A stretch of DNA of 62,407 bases, counting the filler. It is 5 parts of 5 records of this genome, joined end to end, with 100 filler letters (N's around TTAATTAATTAA, not from the genome) between each part and the next. Parts side by side here need not be neighbours in the genome. Positions count along the whole stretch, not along the records: positions 1 to 27,394 come from SRR20825010_1911; positions 27,495 to 43,912 come from SRR20825010_1918; 3 more parts are not named here. The stretch is one strand, 5' to 3'. Position 1 is the first letter of the stretch, and the number at the start of each line of letters is the position of its first letter. Positions 20,059 through 31,580 of this stretch are shown here, one piece after another. The notes beneath the pieces are model-generated. The model searched no databases and was not told the origin of the DNA. It was given only the letters and a program-made list of their open reading frames with translations. The translations under genes and the position numbers were made by a program.

Positions 20059-22098
20059 ATGAAGAACACCTTTTTTATTGCAATGGCAATGTGTGGTCTA
20101 CTCTTTTTTTCCTGTAAAGAAAACACGGAAGATAAAGAAGTAGCACAAGTGGAAACAGCTGAATCCACAGATTTTGATTATAATGTGGAGCAGTTTGGCG
20201 ACATAAAAGTTTTGCGTTATCAAATACCAGGTTGGGATAAATTAACGCTGAAAGAACAAAAACTTGTTTATTATCTTACTCAAGCTGGGCTGGAAGGTAG
20301 AGATATAATGTGGGATCAAAATTACCGCCATAATCTTACTATTAGAAAGGCCTTGGAAAATATTCATACCAATTATAAAGGTGATAAAACTGCCGAAGAT
20401 TGGAATGATTTTGAAACATATCTAAAAAGAATTTGGTTTAGTAATGGTATTCATCACCACTATTCAAACGATAAAATAAAGCCTGATTTTTCATCTGAAT
20501 ATTTAAAACAACTTTTAACAGATACAAACACAACTCTTGAGGGTGAAGCTTTTGATGTTATTTTTAATGATAAAGATTCTAAAAAAGTAAACCAAGCAAA
20601 GGGTGTTGATAATGTTTTGGAAAGTGCTGTAAACTTTTATGGTCCTAATGTTACTAATAAAGATGTAGAAAATTTCTATTCAAAAAAGAAATCACCAGAT
20701 CCAAAAAAACCACTTTCATATGGTTTGAATTCTAAATTGGTTAAGGAAAATGGTGAATTAAAAGAATTGGTATACAAATCTGGCGGACTTTATGGTGCAG
20801 CCATAGACAAAATTGTAACCTGGCTTGAAAAAGCACAAGGCGTTGCTGAAAACCAAGCACAAGGAGATGCGCTAGGACTTTTAATTGAATATTACAAAAC
20901 AGGCGATTTGCAAACTTGGGATGACTACAATGTAGCATGGACGGCTGCAACAGAAGGGAATATTGATTATATAAATAGTTTTATTGAAGTGTATAACGAT
21001 CCACTTGGTTACAGAGGTTCTTATGAAACGATTGTTCAGATTAAAGATTTTGATATGTCTGAAAAAATGTCGGTTGTTTCTGAAAATGCACAATGGTTTG
21101 AAGATAATTCACCTTTAATGGATGCGCATAAGAAGAAAAACGTAGTAGGTGTAACCTATAAAGTGGTAAACGTTGCTGGCGAGGCTGGTGATGCTTCCCC
21201 AAGTACACCAATTGGAGTAAACCTTCCAAACGCTAACTGGATTCGTGCAGCTGTAGGTAGTAAATCTGTTTCTCTTGGAAACATTATCGATTCCTATAAC
21301 AATGCAGGTTCAACAGGGAGATTGAAAGAATTTGTACATGATGAAACCGAACTTGAACTTGAAGAAAAATACGGCCAAATTGCCGATAAACTTCATACAG
21401 CACTTCACGAAGTAATAGGTCATGCTTCAGGACAATTAAACCCAGGTGTTGGCGAAACCAAAGAAACACTTAAAAACTATGCTTCTACATTAGAAGAAGG
21501 TCGTGCAGATTTGGTTGGACTTTATTATTTATACAATCCAAAACTACAAGAACTTGGTTTGGTTGACGATTGGAAAAAATTAGGAACAGCTGCGTATGAC
21601 GGATATATTCGTAATGGTTTAATGACGCAATTAATTCGTTTAAATTTAGGTGACGACGTTGAAGAAGCACATATGCGTAACCGCCAGTGGGTTTCTGCTT
21701 GGGTTTTTGAAAAAGGAAAAGCAGACAACGTAATCGAAAAAATAACGCGTGAAGGAAAAACCTATTACAACATTAATGATTACGAAAAACTACACGATTT
21801 ATTCGGTCAGCTGCTTCGCGAAACACAACGTATTAAAAGTGAGGGTGATTATGCAGCGGTAGAGCATTTAGTTGAAACCTATGGTGTAAAAGTTGATCAA
21901 ACACTTCATGCTGAAATTTTAGAGCGTAATAAACAATTTACTTCTGCTCCATATAGCGGATTTGTAAACCCAGTAATAACTCCAAAAATGGATGCCAATG
22001 GTGAGATTGAAAATTTCAAAATTGAGCAGCCAAAAACATTTACAGAACAAATGATGTATTATTCAGAAAACTACAGCAATTTGCCTGTTGAAAATTAA
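20059..22098 (+). CDS. Dipeptidyl peptidase III (peptidase M49) lipoprotein
   Basis: Lipobox FFSC, HEVIGH zinc motif, EEGRAD, GVNLPN. Confidence 0.9.
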   Translation: MKNTFFIAMAMCGLLFFSCKENTEDKEVAQVETAESTDFDYNVEQFGDIKVLRYQIPGWDKLTLKEQKLVYYLTQAGLEGRDIMWDQNYRHNLTIRKALENIHTNYKGDKTAEDWNDFETYLKRIWFSNGIHHHYSNDKIKPDFSSEYLKQLLTDTNTTLEGEAFDVIFNDKDSKKVNQAKGVDNVLESAVNFYGPNVTNKDVENFYSKKKSPDPKKPLSYGLNSKLVKENGELKELVYKSGGLYGAAIDKIVTWLEKAQGVAENQAQGDALGLLIEYYKTGDLQTWDDYNVAWTAATEGNIDYINSFIEVYNDPLGYRGSYETIVQIKDFDMSEKMSVVSENAQWFEDNSPLMDAHKKKNVVGVTYKVVNVAGEAGDASPSTPIGVNLPNANWIRAAVGSKSVSLGNIIDSYNNAGSTGRLKEFVHDETELELEEKYGQIADKLHTALHEVIGHASGQLNPGVGETKETLKNYASTLEEGRADLVGLYYLYNPKLQELGLVDDWKKLGTAAYDGYIRNGLMTQLIRLNLGDDVEEAHMRNRQWVSAWVFEKGKADNVIEKITREGKTYYNINDYEKLHDLFGQLLRETQRIKSEGDYAAVEHLVETYGVKVDQTLHAEILERNKQFTSAPYSGFVNPVITPKMDANGEIENFKIEQPKTFTEQMMYYSENYSNLPVEN

Positions 22099-22117
22099 AA
22101 ACACTATTGTTTAAATT

Positions 22118-22151
22118 AAAAAAGCTCTTCGGATTTCGAAGAGCTTTTTTT
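22118..22151. terminator. Bidirectional terminator
   Basis: AAAAAAGCTCTTCG/CGAAGAGCTTTTTT between convergent genes. Confidence 0.85.
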
Positions 22152-22170
22152 ATACAAAAAAATGAAATGA

Positions 22171-22995
<825 letters not shown>

Positions 22996-23051
22996 AAGAA
23001 ATGCTGGTTTAGGTTAAATTTATTTGAATTTGAATTCTTTCAATTTTTTTT

Positions 23052-23154
23052 AAAAATCACTAGCACATTGCTTATTAAAAATTTTTTACTCTCTCCTCAA
23101 AGAGAAAAAATCCCCATAATTGTAACCCCATAAGCAATGCACTAAATGATTTTT
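23052..23154 (-). promoter_or_regulatory. Candidate structured 5' leader RNA of the lipoprotein gene
   Basis: About 24-bp stem whose three mismatches are all G-U pairs in the minus-strand RNA; downstream of a TAATTTTG -7 element (23182-23189). Confidence 0.5.
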
Positions 23155-23205
23155 TATAAGGCATTCAAAGTTTTGTTATAGCAAAATTACTTTGGAGTAT
23201 GTAAA

Positions 23206-23235
23206 AAAAAAATACCCTCATGAGGGTATTTTTTT
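23206..23235. promoter_or_regulatory. Perfect 30-bp palindrome (operator or terminator)
   Basis: AAAAAAATACCCTCA|TGAGGGTATTTTTTT with no loop. Confidence 0.55.
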
Positions 23236-23316
23236 GAAAGTGTTTAAAAAGATATAAAACGAGTTTAAATGTCTTTAGTGGCTAATTCTTTGAGTTTGTG
23301 TTTAACGAATTAAATT

Positions 23317-23505
23317 TTAGCCTTTTAAATATGTTTTGATTGCTAATAAAAATGCAATAAAAAGTATAAAGCCAACCAAGATCCATAGGCTGCCTTTGTA
23401 CTGTTTTTTATGTAGTTTTTTATCGCCACGATAGCTGTATATCATGATAAAAACAAAGGCAACAAAAAATAAAAGTGCAAATAATAACTGACCAGTAGTG
23501 AACAT
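23317..23505 (-). CDS. Small two-TM membrane protein
   Basis: 62 aa: MFTTGQLLFALLFF...YRGDKKLHKKQYKG followed by a second TM helix. Confidence 0.7.
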   Translation of the reverse strand: MFTTGQLLFALLFFVAFVFIMIYSYRGDKKLHKKQYKGSLWILVGFILFIAFLLAIKTYLKG

Positions 23506-23551
23506 AAATTTGTAGTTTTACAAGGCAAATTTACAACCTTAAAACTATATT

Positions 23552-23938
23552 ATGAAGAATAAAATCTCCGCAGTTTCCGAATTTCATAAAGCTTTTGGTC
23601 TTGGAATGAAAGAAAGTCCTACTGCTAATCTTGATGTAAAGAAAAACTTGTTGCGTTATGAATTAATGCGGGAGGAAAATGAAGAATATCTTGAAGCTGC
23701 AAATAATAACGATTTGGTTGAGGTTGCTGATGCATTGGGTGATATGTTATACATTTTATGTGGTACAATTATAGAACACGGAATGCAACACAAAATTGAA
23801 GATGTGTTTAATGAAATTCAACGAAGCAATATGAGTAAATTAGGCGCAGACGGAAAACCAATATATCGTGAAGATGGAAAAGTTTTAAAAGGACCAAATT
23901 ACTTTAAACCCAATATTCAATCTATTTTGGATAAATAA
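23552..23938 (+). CDS. Nucleoside triphosphate pyrophosphohydrolase (MazG/PRA-PH-like)
   Basis: EENEEYLEA, EVADALGD, SNMSKL, DGKVLKGPNY. Confidence 0.88.
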   Translation: MKNKISAVSEFHKAFGLGMKESPTANLDVKKNLLRYELMREENEEYLEAANNNDLVEVADALGDMLYILCGTIIEHGMQHKIEDVFNEIQRSNMSKLGADGKPIYREDGKVLKGPNYFKPNIQSILDK

Positions 23939-23951
23939 AAGCAACAAAAAA

Positions 23952-23993
23952 AATCCAAATGCGATACTTAATGATAAGTATCGCATTTGGATT
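23952..23993 (-). terminator. Terminator between convergent genes
   Basis: Perfect 19-bp stem AATCCAAATGCGATACTTA, 4-nt loop, A run on the left. Confidence 0.75.
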
Positions 23994-24018
23994 CATATGT
24001 TTTAAAAAGGCTGGTTTA

Positions 24019-25089
24019 TTAAACCACTTCAAGTCTCCAGCCAAAAGGATCTTCACTTAGATTATGCTGAATTTCCATTAATTCTTTTTTGAAACGAGTG
24101 GCAAAACCATCTTCTTGTTTGCTAAGTTCGTATGTGTCTTCTTTATAACTAAAAGCACTTACAGGACTTATTACTGCAGCTGTTCCCGCACCAAAAATTT
24201 CTTTTAAAGTGCCATTTTTCGCTGCTTCAACTATTTCAGAAACTAAAACAGGTCTTTCTTCAACCGTTATAGTAGCTTTTTTTGCAAGTGCAATTACACT
24301 TTTTCTAGTAACACCGTCCAAAATTCTGTCGCTAATTGGTGCAGTAAGCAAAGTGTTGTTTACTCTAAAAAAAACATTCATTGTTCCTGCTTCTTCTAGG
24401 TATTCATGATTGCTAGCATCTGTCCAAATTACTTGCTGAAATCCTTTTTCACGTGCTAAATTGGTTGGAAAAAATTGTGCGCCATAATTTCCAGCAGCTT
24501 TTGCGGCACCAACTCCACCATTTGCGGAACGGCTATAATGATCTGCAATAACAACTTTTACATCGCCCGTGTAATACGCTTGCGCTGGCGACATTAAAAT
24601 CATAAATTTATATTCGGTAGAAGGAGATGCGCCAACGCCCACTTGGGTTGCCATAACAAATGGTCGAATGTATAGCGAATTTCCTAGTCCTGGTTTAACC
24701 CATTCTTTGTCTAGTTTTACAAGCGTAGTTAATGCTTCTAGGAATATTTCTTTCGGAAACTCTGGAATAGCCATTCTAACCGATGACTTGTTTATACGCT
24801 TAAAATTTTCTTCTGGTCTAAACAACCACACCTTCCCATTAGCATCTTTATAAGCTTTCATACCTTCAAAAACGGCTTGACCATAATGAAATACTTTTGC
24901 AGCTGGTGAAATGGTAAGCGGCCCATAAGGTTTAATGGTTGGCTTTTGCCAAACACCATCTTTATAGTCACATTCAAACATATGATCACTAAAGGTACTG
25001 CCAAATGTTAAATCATTAAAATCAACCTCTGTAACTCTGGAAGTTTTAACTTTTTGTATATCTAGTTTTTCTGCTGTTGAAGAATTCAT
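24019..25089 (-). CDS. ilvE: Branched-chain amino acid aminotransferase
   Basis: FHYGQAVFEGMKAY, LYIRPF, AKAAGNY, EEAGTMN, ILDGVTR, GAGTAA. Confidence 0.95.
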   Translation of the reverse strand: MNSSTAEKLDIQKVKTSRVTEVDFNDLTFGSTFSDHMFECDYKDGVWQKPTIKPYGPLTISPAAKVFHYGQAVFEGMKAYKDANGKVWLFRPEENFKRINKSSVRMAIPEFPKEIFLEALTTLVKLDKEWVKPGLGNSLYIRPFVMATQVGVGASPSTEYKFMILMSPAQAYYTGDVKVVIADHYSRSANGGVGAAKAAGNYGAQFFPTNLAREKGFQQVIWTDASNHEYLEEAGTMNVFFRVNNTLLTAPISDRILDGVTRKSVIALAKKATITVEERPVLVSEIVEAAKNGTLKEIFGAGTAAVISPVSAFSYKEDTYELSKQEDGFATRFKKELMEIQHNLSEDPFGWRLEVV

Positions 25090-25202
25090 TAAAAGAAATG
25101 TTTATTTGGTAAAAATAGGTAAAATTTAGACCATATAAAATTCAAAAAATCATTAAAATTGCAATAGCATACTAATCAATATTTTAATTAAACTTTATAG
25201 AA

Positions 25203-25718
25203 ATGAAAAAAAACCTACTTATTTTCACTTTAGCACTACTAGCTTTAAGTTGTAAAAACGAAAAAACAACGGAGGAACCAATCATAGAAACGGAAGAAAT
25301 AACGATAAACTATCAATCTTTTGGTGATGAAATTTCTGATGAAGATGTTATTTCATATACTGAAATGATGGAAAAATATAAAGAAATGAAGCCTGGAGAT
25401 ACTTTAAATGTAAAGTTTGCTGCCATTGTAAAAGAAGTTTGTCAGAAAAAAGGCTGTTGGATGAACCTAGATATGGGCGAAGAAGAAGCAATGGTTCGTT
25501 TTAAAGATTATGCTTTCTTTATGCCAAAGGACATTGCAGGAAAAGAAATTATAGTAAATGGCAAAGCATACACTGAAGAAATGAATGTTGAAGACCAACG
25601 TCATTATGCAGAAGATGGTGGCGCTACTCCTGAAGAAATTGCAGCAATAACAGAACCAAAACGCACCCTTGCTTTTGAAGCTGATGGCGTACTTATCCCT
25701 GAAGTAGAAAAACAATAA
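25203..25718 (+). CDS. DUF4920 lipoprotein
   Basis: Lipobox ALSC; EVCQKKGCWM, VRFKDYAFFMP. Confidence 0.85.
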   Translation: MKKNLLIFTLALLALSCKNEKTTEEPIIETEEITINYQSFGDEISDEDVISYTEMMEKYKEMKPGDTLNVKFAAIVKEVCQKKGCWMNLDMGEEEAMVRFKDYAFFMPKDIAGKEIIVNGKAYTEEMNVEDQRHYAEDGGATPEEIAAITEPKRTLAFEADGVLIPEVEKQ

Positions 25719-25725
25719 ATTTTTT

Positions 25726-26394
25726 TTGAAACGCACTTTATTTAAAACTGGCGACGGTTCGTATACACTACATATTGCTGAATGGGACGAACAGTACCAT
25801 TCTAAGCATGGCGCAATAGCAGAAGCCCTTCATGTTTTTATTAAAGAAGGGCTTTATTATTGGACTGCTAAAAACAATGCCCAAAAACTTTCCATACTAG
25901 AAATTGGCTTCGGAACAGGATTAAACGCATTTCTAAGTTTGCTAGAAACTGAAAATAATCCTTTTCAAATCGATTACACAGGTATAGAAGCCTATCCTTT
26001 GGATATTGATGAAATAAAAAAACTTAACTATACATCGCTTTTAAAAGCTTCTGAAGAAAATTTTATAGCACTTCACGAGTGTTCTTGGGAAGAAAAAATT
26101 ACTATTTCTAAAAATTTTAAACTTACTAAACACAAGCGTTTTTTTTCTGAAATCACTTCAGCTAATGATTTTAATATCATTTATTTTGATGCTTTTGGTA
26201 TCCGTGTGCAACCTGAACTATGGACAGAAGCAATTTTTGCAAGCATGTACAAAGCTTTAAAGCCAAACGGGGTATTGGTAACCTACGCCGCAAATGGGAA
26301 TGCAAGACGCGCCATGCAAGCAGTTGGTTTTACAGTAGAACGACTTCCTGGGCCTCCAGGAAAAAAAGAAATGTTACGAGCCACAAAAGCTTAA
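25726..26394 (+). CDS. mnmD: tRNA mnm5s2U34 methyltransferase (stand-alone MnmC N-terminal domain)
   Basis: YHSKHGAIAE, LEIGFGTGLN, YFDAF...PELW, PGPPGKKEM. Confidence 0.85.
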   Translation: MKRTLFKTGDGSYTLHIAEWDEQYHSKHGAIAEALHVFIKEGLYYWTAKNNAQKLSILEIGFGTGLNAFLSLLETENNPFQIDYTGIEAYPLDIDEIKKLNYTSLLKASEENFIALHECSWEEKITISKNFKLTKHKRFFSEITSANDFNIIYFDAFGIRVQPELWTEAIFASMYKALKPNGVLVTYAANGNARRAMQAVGFTVERLPGPPGKKEMLRATKA

Positions 26395-26462
26395 AGGTTT
26401 TATTTGCCAATCTTCCGTTAAGACCCTTTGTTTTTAACCTTTGAATTTTTAAATTTAGAAGT

Positions 26463-27371
26463 ATGATTAAGAAAGTGTTGATAACAGGAGCTACAGGACT
26501 TGTAGGAAAAGAACTGGTGAAACAATGCCATGAAAATAATATTGGTGTAAATTATTTTACAACGCAGAAAGGTAAAATTGAAAATTCTAAAAACTACAAA
26601 GGCTTTTATTGGAACCCTCAAAAAGGAGAGCTTGATGAAAAAGCTTTTGATGACGTTACAGCAATAATTAATTTGGCAGGTGCTGCAGTTTCTAAACGAT
26701 GGACAAAAAAGTATAAAAAAACCATTCTTGAAAGCAGATTGGATGGCATGCATCTTTTGTACAATACTCTAAAGAAAATTGAACATAATATTGTGCATTT
26801 TATTACTGCCAGTGGCATAAGTATTTATCCAAACTCAAAAACAAAACTTTATACAGAAGAAAACATAGAAGTTGACGACTCCTTCCTTGCAGAGGTTGTG
26901 GTAGCTTGGGAAGCTGCAGCCGTAAAGTTTAAAAGCTTAGGCATGGAAGTAAGTAAAGTACGTACCGGAGTTGTACTTGCTAAAGATGATGGAGCACTAC
27001 CTCAAATGGTAAAACCTATAAAAATGGGAGTTGGAGCTCCGCTAGGCAGTGGAGAACAGTGGCAATCATGGATTCATATTGAAGATATCGCGGGTATTTA
27101 TCTTTTTCTTCTTAAAAACCAACTGGAAGGAAAATACAATGCGGTTGCACCAAACCCAGTTCAAAACAAAAAAATGACCAAAATGATTGCTTTAAAATTA
27201 GACAATCCACTTTGGTTGCCAAATATTCCAGCATTTGCAATAAAACTTGCCCTTGGCGAAATGGCTATTCTAGCACTTGAAGGGCAATTAGTAAGTTCTC
27301 ATAAAATTGAGGAACTTGGTTATCATTTTAAATTTTATAACCTAGAAAACGCATTGCAGGATTTACTTTAA
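26463..27371 (+). CDS. TIGR01777 family NAD-dependent epimerase-like oxidoreductase
   Basis: ITGATGLVG, INLAGA, GSGEQWQSWIHIED. Confidence 0.9.
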   Translation: MIKKVLITGATGLVGKELVKQCHENNIGVNYFTTQKGKIENSKNYKGFYWNPQKGELDEKAFDDVTAIINLAGAAVSKRWTKKYKKTILESRLDGMHLLYNTLKKIEHNIVHFITASGISIYPNSKTKLYTEENIEVDDSFLAEVVVAWEAAAVKFKSLGMEVSKVRTGVVLAKDDGALPQMVKPIKMGVGAPLGSGEQWQSWIHIEDIAGIYLFLLKNQLEGKYNAVAPNPVQNKKMTKMIALKLDNPLWLPNIPAFAIKLALGEMAILALEGQLVSSHKIEELGYHFKFYNLENALQDLL

Positions 27372-27394
27372 ACAAAAAAAGAGAGGTAAATTTA

Positions 27395-27494
27395 NNNNNN
27401 NNNNNNNNNNNNNNNNNNNNNNNNNNNNNNNNNNNNNNTTAATTAATTAANNNNNNNNNNNNNNNNNNNNNNNNNNNNNNNNNNNNNNNNNNNN
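27395..27494. other. Artificial contig spacer
   Basis: N run with central TTAATTAATTAA (stops in all six frames). Confidence 0.97.
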
Positions 27495-27654
27495 CACCTA
27501 TTCCATACAATACACCACCCAGAGCAGGGACACCTTGGAAGCCTATTACAAAGATGATGCGGAACATTTACGTGCCCAAGCACAGCGAATGTTTCCCAAC
27601 AAATTCGTAGCCTTTAGAACCGAACTGGAAGTCATCAGTCAACAAATACCTTAA
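27495..27654 (+). CDS. DUF4286 family protein, 3' fragment
   Basis: Hand translation TYSIQYTTQSRDTLEAYY...FPNKFVAFRTELEVI; family usually lies next to rsmA. Confidence 0.7.
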
Positions 27655-27659
27655 CCATT

Positions 27660-27968
27660 TTGGAATATTTATTTTCCTACGGAACACTCCAGGACCATCA
27701 AGTACAACACTATATTTTTGGCCGTTTGCTCAAGGGAAAAACCGATTCCGTTTTAGGTTTTAAAAAATTGGAAAATGCCATTTATGGGCGTTACCCGTTG
27801 GTCATCAACACCAACGATCCAACGGATAAAGTTGAAGGTGTAGCCTACGAAGTGAATGACATAGACCTAAAAAAGGCGGATATTTATGAAACCAGTGCGT
27901 ACAAACGCCAAAAATTTCCTTTGGAATCTGGGGATGAAGCTTGGATCTATATCGAAAATTCCAACTAA
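27660..27968 (+). CDS. Gamma-glutamylcyclotransferase family protein
   Basis: LFSYGTL, DIYE, AWIY motifs. Confidence 0.85.
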   Translation: MEYLFSYGTLQDHQVQHYIFGRLLKGKTDSVLGFKKLENAIYGRYPLVINTNDPTDKVEGVAYEVNDIDLKKADIYETSAYKRQKFPLESGDEAWIYIENSN

Positions 27969-27986
27969 CTTGCAAAAAAACCGGCC

Positions 27987-28859
27987 GTGTCCAAAAAGAA
28001 AAACAAGAAGTACTCCAATGGCGCCCCACACAAGAACAAATATGTGCAGGAAGATGGTGCCGTAAAGGCAAAAAAGCATTTGGGCCAGCATTTTCTTAAA
28101 GATGAAACCGTAGCTGAAAAAATTGCCCAGACCTTATCGCTGAAAGGATACAAAAATGTTCTCGAAATCGGGCCTGGAATGGGGGTGCTCACCAAATATC
28201 TTTTGCAGCGCGATTTGGATTTGGTGGCAATGGACTTGGATGACGAATCCATCGTGTACCTCAACCACAGCTTTCCCTTGGAACACGCTGCAATTTTGAA
28301 ACAAAATAATCGCTTGAATGTCATTGAGGCCGATTTCCTCAAGTTTGATCTTACCGATCTGTATGGGGAGGAACAATTTGCGATTATAGGTAACTTTCCC
28401 TATAACATATCCAGCCAGATTGTATTTAAAATGCTGGAAATCCGGAAACAGGTACCCGAATTTTCGGGAATGTTCCAAAAAGAAGTGGCCAAACGTATTT
28501 GCGAAGGACCAGGGAACAAAACCTACGGAATCCTGTCCGTTTTGGTCCAAGCGTATTATGATGCGGAATATTTGTTCACGGTGCCACCCGGAGTTTTTGA
28601 TCCTCCACCAAAGGTGGATTCCGGTGTGCTCCGATTGACCCGTAAAAAAGAACTCAAACTTCCTTGCGATGAACGTCTTTTCTTTAAAGTGGTGAAATCA
28701 TCGTTTAACCAAAGACGAAAAACTATTCGTAACAGTCTTAAAACCTTCAACCTTTCCGATAATCTAAAAGAAGATGCTATCTTTGACCAACGTCCGGAAC
28801 AGCTAAGCGTAGCTGATTTTGTAACCTTGACACAGAAGATAGCCGATGACTCCGTTTAA
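27987..28859 (+). CDS. rsmA: 16S rRNA m6,2A1518/1519 dimethyltransferase
   Basis: [35 protein letters not shown]. Confidence 0.96.
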   Translation: MSKKKNKKYSNGAPHKNKYVQEDGAVKAKKHLGQHFLKDETVAEKIAQTLSLKGYKNVLEIGPGMGVLTKYLLQRDLDLVAMDLDDESIVYLNHSFPLEHAAILKQNNRLNVIEADFLKFDLTDLYGEEQFAIIGNFPYNISSQIVFKMLEIRKQVPEFSGMFQKEVAKRICEGPGNKTYGILSVLVQAYYDAEYLFTVPPGVFDPPPKVDSGVLRLTRKKELKLPCDERLFFKVVKSSFNQRRKTIRNSLKTFNLSDNLKEDAIFDQRPEQLSVADFVTLTQKIADDSV

Positions 28860-30198
28860 ACTCACAGACGAACTTTTAGAAGAGATCAGGGAACTGATCG
28901 CCGAGAACAAGGACGCCGAACTTCAATTAATGATGAAGGAGTTCCACTATGCCGATATTGCGGAAATAGCGGACGAAATGGAAGTCGAGGAAGCCACTTA
29001 TCTGATCAAGCTACTTGACAGTGAAAAAACCTCGGACATTCTTGCAGAAATGCACGAGGATATTCGTGAGGCCGTACTTAAAAACCTTACGGCCAAGGAA
29101 ATCGCAGGAGAGCTTTCGGAACTGGACACGGACGATGCCGCGGATATCATCAACGAACTTCCAAAAGAACTCGTTCAAGAAGTAATCTCGGAAATTGAAG
29201 ATCGCGAGCACGCCAAGGACATCGTGGACCTTTTGCGCTACGAGGAAGATTCTGCGGGTGGTCTTATGGCAAAGGAATTGGTAAAGGTAAACGAGAATTG
29301 GACAGTTACCAATTGTGTAAAGGAAATGCGGGCCCAAGCAGAAAATGTGACCAGGGTACATTCCATATATGTCGTAGATGAAGAAGGCAAACTAAAGGGA
29401 CGTCTTTCCCTAAAAGATTTACTTACGGCATCCGCCAAAAGTCATATCAAGGACATTTATATTCCCAAGGTCGATTCCGTAAATGTCAACGAAAAAGGGG
29501 AAGAAGTGGCCAGGATCATGTCCAAGTACGATTTGGAGGCCATTCCTGTAATAGACGAAATAGGACGCTTGGTGGGCCGTATCACCATTGATGATATTGT
29601 AGATGTGATTCGTGAAGAGGCCGACAAGGATTATCAAATGGCAGCAGGTATCTCTCAGGATGTAGAAGTAAATGATAGCATCTGGATACTCACGCGCGCC
29701 CGGTTACCTTGGTTGATTTTAGGCCTATTGGGCGGTTTGAGTGCAGCGGCCATTATGGGAACCTTTGAAGATATGATCTCCAAGCACGCGGTGTTGTTCT
29801 TTTTTACCCCATTGATTGCGGCTATGGCGGGAAATGTCGGGGTGCAATCGAGTGCCATTGTAGTGCAAGGTCTTGCCAACGACGACCTCAAAGGAAGTGT
29901 TGGAAACCATTTGCTGAAAGAAATGTTATTGGCACTGCTTAACGGACTTATTTTGGCGCTGCTGTTATTGCTCTTTACTTGGATATGGAAAGGATCTTTT
30001 GCAACCGCATTGGCCATTTCGTTATCTTTAGTGGTCGTGATCGTGGTCGCTGGCCTGATAGGGACCTTTATCCCCATGTTCCTTCACAAAAGAAACATTG
30101 ACCCGGCTATCGCCACAGGCCCCTTTATCACCACCAGCAACGATATTTTTGGGATCCTGATCTATTTTTGGATAGCCAAGATGATTTTGGGTATATAA
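28846..30198 (+). CDS. mgtE: Magnesium transporter
   Basis: Acidic N domain, CBS pair, [25 protein letters not shown]. Confidence 0.95.
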   Translation: MTPFKLTDELLEEIRELIAENKDAELQLMMKEFHYADIAEIADEMEVEEATYLIKLLDSEKTSDILAEMHEDIREAVLKNLTAKEIAGELSELDTDDAADIINELPKELVQEVISEIEDREHAKDIVDLLRYEEDSAGGLMAKELVKVNENWTVTNCVKEMRAQAENVTRVHSIYVVDEEGKLKGRLSLKDLLTASAKSHIKDIYIPKVDSVNVNEKGEEVARIMSKYDLEAIPVIDEIGRLVGRITIDDIVDVIREEADKDYQMAAGISQDVEVNDSIWILTRARLPWLILGLLGGLSAAAIMGTFEDMISKHAVLFFFTPLIAAMAGNVGVQSSAIVVQGLANDDLKGSVGNHLLKEMLLALLNGLILALLLLLFTWIWKGSFATALAISLSLVVVIVVAGLIGTFIPMFLHKRNIDPAIATGPFITTSNDIFGILIYFWIAKMILGI

Positions 30199-30206
30199 TT
30201 AAAGCT

Positions 30207-30572
30207 ATGAAATCCATCAACCTAAAAGAGAAACACGCCGAGTTTACCAAACAATGGCATCCGCATCAAATTGCCATTGTTGATGATATGCAGGTACTTT
30301 TGGCCAAACTACAAGGAGAATTTGTCTGGCACGCCCACGAGAATGAAGATGAACTGTTCCATGTCATCAAAGGGACGCTCTACATGCAATTTCGTGACCG
30401 GACAGAGGTCGTAAACGAAGGTGAGATCATTGTAGTGCCCAAAGGCGTAGAGCATAACCCTATGACCAAAAATGACGAAGAGGTACATGTGCTTCTTTTT
30501 GAAAAAATGAGTACGGCCCACACGGGAAAGGTGCTCCACGAAAAGACACAAACCCACTATCCAAAAATCTAG
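30207..30572 (+). CDS. Cupin domain protein
   Basis: GEFVWHAHENEDELF, VPKGVEHNP. Confidence 0.88.
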   Translation: MKSINLKEKHAEFTKQWHPHQIAIVDDMQVLLAKLQGEFVWHAHENEDELFHVIKGTLYMQFRDRTEVVNEGEIIVVPKGVEHNPMTKNDEEVHVLLFEKMSTAHTGKVLHEKTQTHYPKI

Positions 30573-30591
30573 GAGTTGTATATTTGCCCCC

Positions 30592-31524
30592 ATGAAAGTT
30601 CTCCACTTAGACACCAATCACCCATTGCTCATTGAACAATTTGCCGAGCTCGGGTTCGAAAATCACGAAGATTACACATCCACCAAAGAGGAAGTAGAAA
30701 AGAAAATCCACGAGTACGATGGAATCATTATCCGAAGCAGATTTACCATAGACCGACAATTTTTGGAAAAGGCCACCAATCTTAAATTTATAGGAAGAGT
30801 GGGCGCGGGCTTGGAGAATATTGACACGGACTACGCCAAATACAAAAATATATTCATGGCATCTGCCCCCGAGGGCAACAGAAATGCTGTGGGAGAACAC
30901 GCTTTGGGCATGTTGCTTTCCTTAATGAACCACATGGGCAGGGCCGACCGTCAAGTGCGAAAAGGCAAATGGAAACGCGAACCGAACAGGGGCGTTGAAC
31001 TGGATGGTAAAACTGTCGGAATCATAGGCTACGGAAATATGGGCAAGGCTTTTGCCAAAAAACTACGTGGTTTTGATGTAGAGGTCATCTGTTACGATAT
31101 TGTTGGTGGTGTAGGTGATGAAAATGCACGCCAGGTAGGAATTATGGAATTTCAACAGCGCTCCGATGTTATTAGCTTACACGTTCCACAGACTGAGAAG
31201 ACCATCGGCATGGTAAATTCTGAATTTATTGAAAAAATCCATAAGCCGTTTTGGTTATTGAACACTGCACGCGGAAAATGCGTGGTGACCAAAGACCTTG
31301 TAGAAGCCCTTAAATCTGGAAAAGTGCTCGGTGCCGGACTGGATGTTCTGGAATATGAACAAAAGTCCTTCGAAAATATGTTCGCCAAAAAACCTAAGGC
31401 GTTTAAATTTTTACGAAAAGCAAAGAACGTTCTGCTCACCCCACACATAGCTGGCTGGACCGTGGAGAGCAAAGAGAAATTGGCTCAGACAATTGTTGAC
31501 AAAGTCAAAGAAAGATTTTGTTAA
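30592..31524 (+). CDS. D-isomer specific 2-hydroxyacid dehydrogenase
   Basis: GAGLENID, GIIGYGNMG, NTARG, LDVLEYE, TPHIAG. Confidence 0.9.
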   Translation: MKVLHLDTNHPLLIEQFAELGFENHEDYTSTKEEVEKKIHEYDGIIIRSRFTIDRQFLEKATNLKFIGRVGAGLENIDTDYAKYKNIFMASAPEGNRNAVGEHALGMLLSLMNHMGRADRQVRKGKWKREPNRGVELDGKTVGIIGYGNMGKAFAKKLRGFDVEVICYDIVGGVGDENARQVGIMEFQQRSDVISLHVPQTEKTIGMVNSEFIEKIHKPFWLLNTARGKCVVTKDLVEALKSGKVLGAGLDVLEYEQKSFENMFAKKPKAFKFLRKAKNVLLTPHIAGWTVESKEKLAQTIVDKVKERFC

Positions 31525-31580
31525 CTTTATAAACCATCCAATAGCTTTTGGCTCTGGTAGTTTTTTAAATTTTACCAGAT

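Noticed and set aside
23952-23993. MITE or REP element
   Set aside because: Single copy in the window, between convergent genes with an A/T tail; an ordinary terminator explains it.
27439-27450. TTAATTAATTAA as a biological repeat
   Set aside because: Identical six-frame stop linker centred in every N spacer; artificial.
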